Shown one piece after another: positions 56,223-64,000 of a stretch of DNA of 64,000 bases (positions within the stretch are counted from its first letter, which is position 1; each line of letters opens with the position of its first letter). The stretch is from an uncultured Gammaproteobacteria bacterium (GTDB lineage: Bacteria > Pseudomonadota > Gammaproteobacteria > Arenicellales > JAANXG01): assembly GCA_947258975.1 (NCBI GenBank), contig CAMYKK010000001.1, positions 86,451 through 150,450 on the forward strand. The letters are read 5' to 3'. The position numbers were made by a program, and so were the translations under genes. The notes under the pieces are model-generated. The model was not told where the DNA came from. It saw only the letters and a list, made by a program, of their open reading frames with translations, and did no database searches.

Positions 56223-56807
56223 CTATTGCTTTTTGCGCTTGAAGGTATTTTCCCAAGTCTTATAGATCACCCACTCGGACTGACCGGCGTTTTTTACAGA
56301 CAAATCGCCGATTTGTCTGAACTCGGTTCCTCCGTGTTGCGGCTGCCAGATGATGTGGCTTTGGTAACGCTGTTGGTGGCCTGGCTTTGCCGTGACATAG
56401 CTGAAGCGGCACTCGGAAGTGTCACAATAGCCGGCGCCCACGTCGTCAAAGCGTTGTGTGCGGCGGTTGATTTTGTAAACATCAAATTCCACCCGGCCAG
56501 ATTCCGCGTTCCTGGATTGTGCCGGATGTTTGACCAGCCACAGCTTGTTGGTAATGGTGAACGGTGAGGTGTGGCCACTGCCCTCGGGTGAACGAACCTT
56601 TATCAGCAGTTGCAGCTCAATGATATCGTGTTCCTTTACAACCCGCATTTGTACGTCCTGTGGAATGTTGCGCCACCGGTCAGCGCCAATCTTCTCTCTG
56701 GCAATACTGCCGGGGCTTTCATACAGACCCGCCAAGGGGAGGGGTATCTCATCGCTGGCGAAAGAACAGTCAGCGAGTAACAGCAGCCAAACCAGGAGAC
56801 GCTTCAC
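56223..56807 (-). CDS. Lipoprotein of unknown function
   Basis: MKRLLVWLLLLADC carries a lipobox (LADC). 194 aa, beta-rich. No family recognised. Confidence 0.6.
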   Translation of the reverse strand: MKRLLVWLLLLADCSFASDEIPLPLAGLYESPGSIAREKIGADRWRNIPQDVQMRVVKEHDIIELQLLIKVRSPEGSGHTSPFTITNKLWLVKHPAQSRNAESGRVEFDVYKINRRTQRFDDVGAGYCDTSECRFSYVTAKPGHQQRYQSHIIWQPQHGGTEFRQIGDLSVKNAGQSEWVIYKTWENTFKRKKQ

Positions 56808-57032
56808 CCCACCGCCTCCCAGGTTGATCGCGGTTTGATGCCGGGCAAAATCATCAGATCAAGGACCGTCGTACATGGCCTAAAAATCGGTCAGCCGGTA
56901 CCCCGTGTTCGGTATACTGCGCGGCAACGGTTTAGGCGGCACATTGTCGCACAAGTAAACAGGCCGCGGCGCGTGTGGATACGTAGTGCGGGCAACAAGC
57001 CGGCGTGGACGAACCGCTGTTGTAAGCCAGTG

Positions 57033-58904
<1,872 letters not shown>

Positions 58905-59139
58905 TCATGCTGCGTTGAACAGCACGTCAAACAGGCGCAGGCTTGTCGGTGTTGAATTACCGATTTTGCTGCGAGCGGGAGTTGGACCAATCCGCGGCAA
59001 TATGTCTGCCATTGGAAATCGTCGGTCTTCGCACACCGGATCTTGGGTGCGCCAGTAACTTCTGCCGGAGTATCTTCACGGAGCGATGCGGAGGTACCCC
59101 GGTCAAAGTCAGCGATGAACCTCTGCGCCGGACAGGCTC

Positions 59140-59452
59140 TCAATATTTACTCGGCCAATCCAGCAATCTGAATTCATTTTCGCATGTACCTCCGCCACAC
59201 GGGCATTCCGTCCAAGTTTCATCCGGTGTTATGACAGTACAACAATCTTCTGGATTATTGTAATTAGCCATCAAACAAGCCCCTTTGAGAGGAATATCGA
59301 TATCATTTAAATTCCGGATCATTTTTTTGGCTTCTTGTAAGACTACAGATTGCTTGCTGAATTTCGTCGAAGGCCTTTTTTATCCGCAAGAGAAATATTA
59401 GTTGCCGGAACAAAAAACAAAATTGTACTCAAAGTAAGAAATATCTTATTCA
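59140..59452 (-). pseudogene. Small secreted Cys-rich protein gene split into three frames at two poly-A runs (pseudogene, phase-variable, or homopolymer assembly errors)
   Basis: GGAGG lies 6 nt before the ATG at 59452, giving MNKIFLTLSTILFFVPATNISLA (signal peptide). The frame breaks at an A6 run (~59372) and an A7 run (~59325). Removing one A from each yields a ~103-aa product ending ..NYNNPEDCCTVITPDETWTECPCGGGTCENEFRLLDWPSKY, which is track ORF 59140..59322. Confidence 0.4.
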
Positions 59453-59818
59453 TGGAAATCCTCCGTATCGTGACTACTTGGTTCTTCGAAATAACGGGCG
59501 CCGTTCTCGCCACACGGACGAAACAAACCTGGATTCACTAGTTCGACACCGGTGTGCTCCGGGGTCTACAATACCTTGCGACAAATCCGCTCCGGTCATA
59601 ATGAACGGATGTTGGGTGGTTACATGCTGGACACTGAAAGCGGAGCAATAACTTCACGCATCCGCAATACAATAGGTTTAGGCATTGACATGACCTGTCG
59701 TGGGCGGAATGGTCCTTGGGCTGCCGTTAGTCTGCACAGATCACAAACTGCGCGTCGACGTGCCGAGTGGTATCGCATAAGCCGGGGATAGCGGCGCGCG
59801 CCACACCGGAGGATTGCC

Positions 59819-60769
59819 ATGCCATCACGCACGCCCCTGACCCGCTTGCAATCGATACTCAAGCGCAGCGGCGATCCGGCCCGCCAGGCCGTCGCCATTC
59901 TTGAACTTGCTCCCGATTTGCCGGATGCCGCGATCGATATGATGGACGCCGCACTGGACGGCGCCGATCCGTTGCTACAGGTCGCGATCATGGACGCCTA
60001 CTTCGAAATGACGGGCGACAATTATCACCAACAGGACCTCGAGAGTATTCTTGACAAGGCCCGTAGCATGGGCGACGACGGCGAGCAACTCTACATGGCT
60101 GCCCGCATCGCACTCGGCCATATTACAGGCCTTTCCGCGGATCGGCTCGATGAATGGGGTGACGGTCAGCTGGAGATCACGGCAACCGCGCAGCGACGCC
60201 GCCGGGCGCGGCGGCGCGGTCGACCATCCGTCGTCGACGAGATCACGATCATTATCCATGGGACCTGGGCTGCGGACGGCACGTGGTGGCGGCCGGGCGG
60301 CGACTTCTTCGAGTTCACCAGGACCGAGCTGGGCCGCGATGATCTCTACGGCAAAGCCGACCAATTCAAGTGGTCGGGCAAGAACAAAGACCGCAAGCGC
60401 CGCCAGGCAGGCATCGCCCTCGATAAGTGGTTGCGAGATCATCCGGCCCGCGAGGTCAACGTGTTCGGCCATAGCCATGGCGCTAACGTGGCGATGCTGG
60501 CCACGCACCAGGGCCTTCGCATGGACCGGCTGATTATGCTGAGTCCGCCGGTGCGGCGCGACTATTTCGCGAACTGGAGCAACGTCGGTCAGGCCTATAA
60601 CATCCAGGCGTCCTTCGACCCGGTCGTCGCCATAGCACACGGTGGCCAATGGTTTCGAAACAGCCATGTGATCGAGAAAAAACTGGAAGCCAGCGGACAT
60701 TCTGCGTCGCACGAGCCGCCCGTCTGGCGACGGGAGAAGATCGCGGAATTTGTTTCCATACCCTGGTGA
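59819..60769 (+). CDS. HEAT-like N-terminal region + alpha/beta-hydrolase (lipase/esterase-like) domain
   Basis: GGAGG lies 7 nt upstream of the ATG. The N-terminal helical repeats resemble the next gene. An Arg-rich linker RRRRARRRGR follows, then IIIHGTWAADGTWW.. and the nucleophile elbow GHSHGAN (GxSxG). Confidence 0.6.
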   Translation: MPSRTPLTRLQSILKRSGDPARQAVAILELAPDLPDAAIDMMDAALDGADPLLQVAIMDAYFEMTGDNYHQQDLESILDKARSMGDDGEQLYMAARIALGHITGLSADRLDEWGDGQLEITATAQRRRRARRRGRPSVVDEITIIIHGTWAADGTWWRPGGDFFEFTRTELGRDDLYGKADQFKWSGKNKDRKRRQAGIALDKWLRDHPAREVNVFGHSHGANVAMLATHQGLRMDRLIMLSPPVRRDYFANWSNVGQAYNIQASFDPVVAIAHGGQWFRNSHVIEKKLEASGHSASHEPPVWRREKIAEFVSIPW

Positions 60770-60776
60770 CTGCCCG

Positions 60777-61259
60777 ATGGCGTCGTCGCGTACGACACTA
60801 ATGCAATCCCTCGCAAGCAATAATCGGTATCAGCGCGCAACAGCGGCCATCGAGCTCGGCAAACGCAGGATCCGCCAAGCGCTGCCGGAACTGCGCAGGT
60901 TGACAACCGACAGTGATGATATTGTCGCAATCGCAGCGATGTACGCGTGCTGGGAGCTCGGAGAAGACCTGATCTCGATCGAGCGTATCGTCGCAGCGCT
61001 CGAATCCGACAGCGAGGAAGACGTGCAGCAGGCGGTCGAGACCGTCGGGGCGATCGGCGAGCCCTTCGTTGCAAAACTCGCCCCGCTGTTGATGCAATCA
61101 CCCGACCGGGCCAGGCTCGCGCTAAAGCTTCTGGACGAAATTGGTGGACCGGAGGCTCGGCGGCTGGTTCAATTCATGCGTAGCGACGATCCCGATGTTG
61201 CTGCGCTGGTGCGGGAAATACTCGACGATTGGGAGGACGCGGCGGACGCTGTTCCATGA
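60777..61259 (+). CDS. HEAT-repeat protein
   Basis: 160 aa. Repeated ~30-aa helical units (RATAAIELGKRRIRQALPELRRL.., VQQAVETVGAIGEPFVAKLAPLL.., ALKLLDEIGGPEARRLV..) are typical of PBS-lyase-type HEAT repeats. It begins 7 nt after the upstream stop. Confidence 0.6.
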   Translation: MASSRTTLMQSLASNNRYQRATAAIELGKRRIRQALPELRRLTTDSDDIVAIAAMYACWELGEDLISIERIVAALESDSEEDVQQAVETVGAIGEPFVAKLAPLLMQSPDRARLALKLLDEIGGPEARRLVQFMRSDDPDVAALVREILDDWEDAADAVP

Positions 61260-61855
61260 TGTACGCGAAACGGAGTAGGTGGGGCAAGACCCACATATCG
61301 AACGCGGACGCCGGTGCCTGGCTGTGCGCGCAAGCGCCGAGAACGGTAAAAAAAAGCAGACTGACAATCCGTGCCGCAACCGTCAGGGATCTCGATGCTC
61401 TTGTCACGATCGAGACGGCCTGCTTCGGCGGGATTGGACCGTATCGCAATCATGTGTTCGGCGAATCCCAGTTTCGCTATTATCTGCACCGCGACCACGC
61501 GATCACATTGCTCGTGACGTGTGATGGGACGCCGATCGGCAGTGCCATAGCGACCATCGGCCGCCGCGCTCGATCCGGCAGCGCTAGAATCCTCAGTATC
61601 GCGGTCATCACCGGTGAGCGCCGGCAGGGCCTGGGCAGGCGCCTGCTGCGGCGTTTGGTGCGCGACCTTGCTGCGCGCGGTTGCGAGCGCATATATCTAG
61701 AGGTAGCGGTTCAGGCCGACGCGGCACGGGCGTTTTTCCAGGGCGAGGGTTTCGAGACGGTGCGTCGCCTGCCGGACTATTACGGGCGCTCGATCCACGC
61801 CTGGCGAATGGCGCTTGCAACCGGACGGTGCCGGCGCTCCGGAAACCCAGAGTAA
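61256..61855 (+). CDS. GNAT-family N-acetyltransferase (RimI-like)
   Basis: The ATG at 61256 overlaps the upstream TGA (ATGA). The acetyl-CoA motif is RRQGLGRRLL, and there is a typical C-terminal FFQGEGFETVRRLPDYY. Confidence 0.8.
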   Translation: MMYAKRSRWGKTHISNADAGAWLCAQAPRTVKKSRLTIRAATVRDLDALVTIETACFGGIGPYRNHVFGESQFRYYLHRDHAITLLVTCDGTPIGSAIATIGRRARSGSARILSIAVITGERRQGLGRRLLRRLVRDLAARGCERIYLEVAVQADAARAFFQGEGFETVRRLPDYYGRSIHAWRMALATGRCRRSGNPE

Positions 61856-61872
61856 TCGTTGGAGGTAGCAAG

Positions 61873-64000
61873 ATGCCCGCCAGGAAGAAAAAACAACACA
61901 CCGCGCGCCGCAAGACTAAAAAGACCAGCAAGAAAACCTTCGCACGCCCGCAACCCAAAAAATCGAAGAAGAAGTCATCGAAGACCGCGGTGAAGAAGAC
62001 CGGCGCAAAAACCACGGCACGGAAAAGGCCGTCGGCGAAGAGAGCCGGGCAACCGATGAAGCGGACGAAATCGAAGAAAAGCACATCCGGTGACATTGCC
62101 AATGGGCTGATGGTCACATTGTCCAACGACGCTGGCGCGTCAGCCACGATCCCTTGCGACGAGCGTCTGCAGGAACTGGCGATGCGCTGGCGCTACGTGC
62201 TTTCGCGCCGCCTGCGCTGGAAACGCAGCGCACGCATGAAAATGCGCGCGCGCGCGCACGACGATCTCATCAACCTGCTATCCTCCGACACAACCCGCGC
62301 GGCGGAAGTTCTCGGCGATGGGCAGGTCGTTGAGATCCGAGTCCCGTATCGCAACGAGCGCAGTGGCTGGGAGGGCCGCGTTGCGCCTTGGGAATTCCTG
62401 ATCAGCGCCACGGCCAGCGGTTTGGGGAACCAGAAACCACTGACGATCGTGCGGCATCTCGACACCAACCGGGTACCCCTGCCGCCGCTCGGGGCCCCCA
62501 AAGTACTCTATGTGCAGTGCGCCCCCGGCGTCCTGGCCGAACACTACGAGTTTACCAGTGAGCGCAGCGCACTGGAGCGCCTGTTCCCCGGCGCCGTCGA
62601 ACCGTGCATCAACCCGACGATCGCCACGCTCCGCCACGAGATCACCCGGCGTCAGCCGAATGTCATCCATCTCGCCGGAATCGATAACATTCAAGCAAAG
62701 GAATTGCTGCAGGACGAGGGCAATCTGCCTGTTGACTGGTTCGAGTCGAAGGAACAGGACGGCATCGTATTCGCCACCGAGGAGTCGCGCTCCACCAGTC
62801 CCGAAGTCGGAGCAGACGGCCAAATGCCGCTGGGTATCGCGCCGATCGACGCACAAACGCTGGCCCAAGTTCTGAACTCGGGCGACTCGCCACTGCATCT
62901 AGTCATGGCCAACGTGTATCACTCGGCGGCGCGCATTTGCGCGCTTGCCGTTGCCGAAGGCGCCGGGCTCGCGCTCGGATTTCAAGATACGGTCAAGGAC
63001 TCGCTGGCGGAGATTTTTCTGCGTGAATTTTATTCGCATTGGCACACCAGCTATGACCCGTTGCCGGCGTTTGTCAGTGCGCTGGACAATGCCCGCGCGT
63101 CGGTCGCATTGTCCGGCACGGGATTCGTTTTGTGGAGTGCGCAATCGTTGCTGGACGGCGCCGTGAAGCGCATTCGCGACAGCCGGGAGTCGCGGGATCC
63201 CGACCGCCAAAGGATGTTGTCGCTGGATGACGACGATGGGGACTACTCCAAATGGTTCAGTGTCGATGTGCAGATACGCGATCGACTAAATTATTCGCTG
63301 CTGCACAACGACAGCGGGGGCTTGTTCGAAAAGCTGGAGTTCCGCAAGGAAAAAGAGGGCGTGCTTCCGGACGTCGGTGTCGAAGTCGTGCTGTATCTCG
63401 GATCCGAGAGTCACCCGTACAGCGCCAAATTCACGCTGACCGAGTTTTTGACGCCGGTTGACGATCAAATCAAGGTGCCGCTTACTTCGTCGATCATTCG
63501 CACCGTTGCCGAGCCCGTGCGCACCAGCCTCTATGTGCGCATTACGGTCGGCGAGAAGGTCGTATGTCAGGAGACGCACCGCGTCACGCTGCTACCGGCA
63601 GACGAATGGAAGGATACGGATGCCGACCGCATCTGGCTGCCCTCCTTCGTGCTGCCGCGCGATCCCGCGGTCGAACTGATCATTGACCGTGCGCAGAAAC
63701 ATCTAATCACGCTCGCGGATGATCACACGCGTGGCTTTGACGGTTATCAGAGTATCGACCCGGATGATCCGGAATCACTGGCCGATGTCGACCTGCAGGT
63801 GCAGGCCATCTGGGCGGCCGTGGTCAGCGATTTCGGCATCCGCTACATCAATCCGCCGCCAAGCTACTCGCGTCTCGGGCAACGCCTGCGCACGCCGACA
63901 CAAATCGTGCGCGGCGGACGAGGCACGTGCATCGATCTCGCTTTGCTGTTGTCGGCCTGTCTTGAATACATAGAGGTCTATCCGGTGATTTTTCTGCTGG
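61873..64000 (+). CDS. Large multidomain protein, 3'-partial (>709 aa): Lys/Arg-rich tail + CHAT-like region without catalytic dyad + transglutaminase-like Cys core
   Basis: Not in the supplied ORF track because there is no stop before the window end. My own translation from the ATG at 61873 (GGAGG 7 nt upstream) has no stop through nt 63999. It begins MPARKKKQHTARRKTKKTSKK.., contains ..NVIHLAGID..LHLVMANVYHSAA..VKDSLAEIFLREFYSHW.., and ends ..GGRGTCIDLALLLSACLEYIEVYPVIFLL. Confidence 0.7.
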   Translation, partial: MPARKKKQHTARRKTKKTSKKTFARPQPKKSKKKSSKTAVKKTGAKTTARKRPSAKRAGQPMKRTKSKKSTSGDIANGLMVTLSNDAGASATIPCDERLQELAMRWRYVLSRRLRWKRSARMKMRARAHDDLINLLSSDTTRAAEVLGDGQVVEIRVPYRNERSGWEGRVAPWEFLISATASGLGNQKPLTIVRHLDTNRVPLPPLGAPKVLYVQCAPGVLAEHYEFTSERSALERLFPGAVEPCINPTIATLRHEITRRQPNVIHLAGIDNIQAKELLQDEGNLPVDWFESKEQDGIVFATEESRSTSPEVGADGQMPLGIAPIDAQTLAQVLNSGDSPLHLVMANVYHSAARICALAVAEGAGLALGFQDTVKDSLAEIFLREFYSHWHTSYDPLPAFVSALDNARASVALSGTGFVLWSAQSLLDGAVKRIRDSRESRDPDRQRMLSLDDDDGDYSKWFSVDVQIRDRLNYSLLHNDSGGLFEKLEFRKEKEGVLPDVGVEVVLYLGSESHPYSAKFTLTEFLTPVDDQIKVPLTSSIIRTVAEPVRTSLYVRITVGEKVVCQETHRVTLLPADEWKDTDADRIWLPSFVLPRDPAVELIIDRAQKHLITLADDHTRGFDGYQSIDPDDPESLADVDLQVQAIWAAVVSDFGIRYINPPPSYSRLGQRLRTPTQIVRGGRGTCIDLALLLSACLEYIEVYPVIFLL

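Noticed and set aside
55759-56265. 168-aa plus-strand ORF containing one hydrophobic helix (MRAGPLVVALLILGLLSGYG)
   Set aside because: It has no RBS or recognisable family, and its 3' end overlaps the convergent lipoprotein gene. It might be a small membrane protein, but support is too weak to annotate.
58993-59004. Third occurrence of cgcggcaatatg, shared with the 38.3-kb tandem repeats
   Set aside because: Only 12 nt match and the hairpin is not preserved (tatgtctgcc). It may be chance, so I mention it only as a note in the repeat finding.
59975-60820. 281-aa minus-strand ORF
   Set aside because: It is antisense to the HEAT/alpha-beta-hydrolase gene. The plus-strand gene has a strong RBS, a GxSxG motif and operon coupling.
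61608-62147. 179-aa minus-strand ORF with FFFDFLG-type Phe-rich runs
   Set aside because: It mirrors the Lys-rich (AAG/AAA) N-terminal tail of the plus-strand gene, because TTT/CTT codons give Phe and Leu. It is an artefact of low-complexity sequence.

Overview
This is a 64-kb chromosomal segment from a high-GC Gram-negative bacterium. The envelope features point that way (outer-membrane beta-barrels, lipoboxes, Wzm/Wzt, a PlpD-type patatin autotransporter), but the taxon cannot be named from sequence alone. I call about 50 protein-coding features, several gene remnants, one MITE-like long palindrome and one short tandem repeat. I recognised no rRNA, tRNA, CRISPR array, integrase or transposase.

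Layout:
1. 0-15 kb: respiratory and envelope genes. These are a 5'-partial octahaem-type cytochrome c plus cytochrome b, a DUF1538-DUF1538-PII-CBS cassette, HU, GH5, YceI, a PlpD-like patatin, a dihaem cytochrome c and a Sel1 protein.
2. 15.4-17.6 kb: a gene-decay zone with fused ABC-transporter and ABM fragments, a frameshifted secreted-protein gene and a truncated VpsR-like gene.
3. 18.8-36.7 kb: a 12-gene, single-strand, lower-GC, ABC-transporter-dependent glycan cluster. It contains a sulfotransferase fused to a coiled coil next to Wzt.
4. 36.9-53.3 kb: an accessory block bracketed by two divergent paralogues of an unrecognised family. Inside it are a tightly coupled operon (GGCT-fusion, degenerate MBL-fold protein, 1797-aa kinase-NTPase-GAF-cyclase, ACC-synthase-like aminotransferase), a repeat-bearing phospholipase-C-type phosphoesterase, the MITE-like element, and a signal-less S8 protease with a free-standing copy of its own prodomain.
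5. 53.6-58.9 kb: a GGDEF cyclase, a lipoprotein and RecQ.
6. 59.1-59.5 kb: an AT-rich islet with a Cys-rich secreted-peptide gene broken at two poly-A runs.
7. 59.8 to >64 kb: a four-gene operon (HEAT + alpha/beta-hydrolase, HEAT, GNAT, and a >709-aa protein). The last gene runs off the window and is absent from the supplied ORF track. It has a Lys-rich tail, a CHAT-like region lacking the catalytic dyad, and a transglutaminase-like Cys core.

My best candidates for an undescribed system are the 59.8->64 kb operon, the 38.4-46.6 kb signalling/metabolic operon, and the sulfotransferase-coiled-coil putative chain terminator. All family names come from motif recognition and memory, not database searches.
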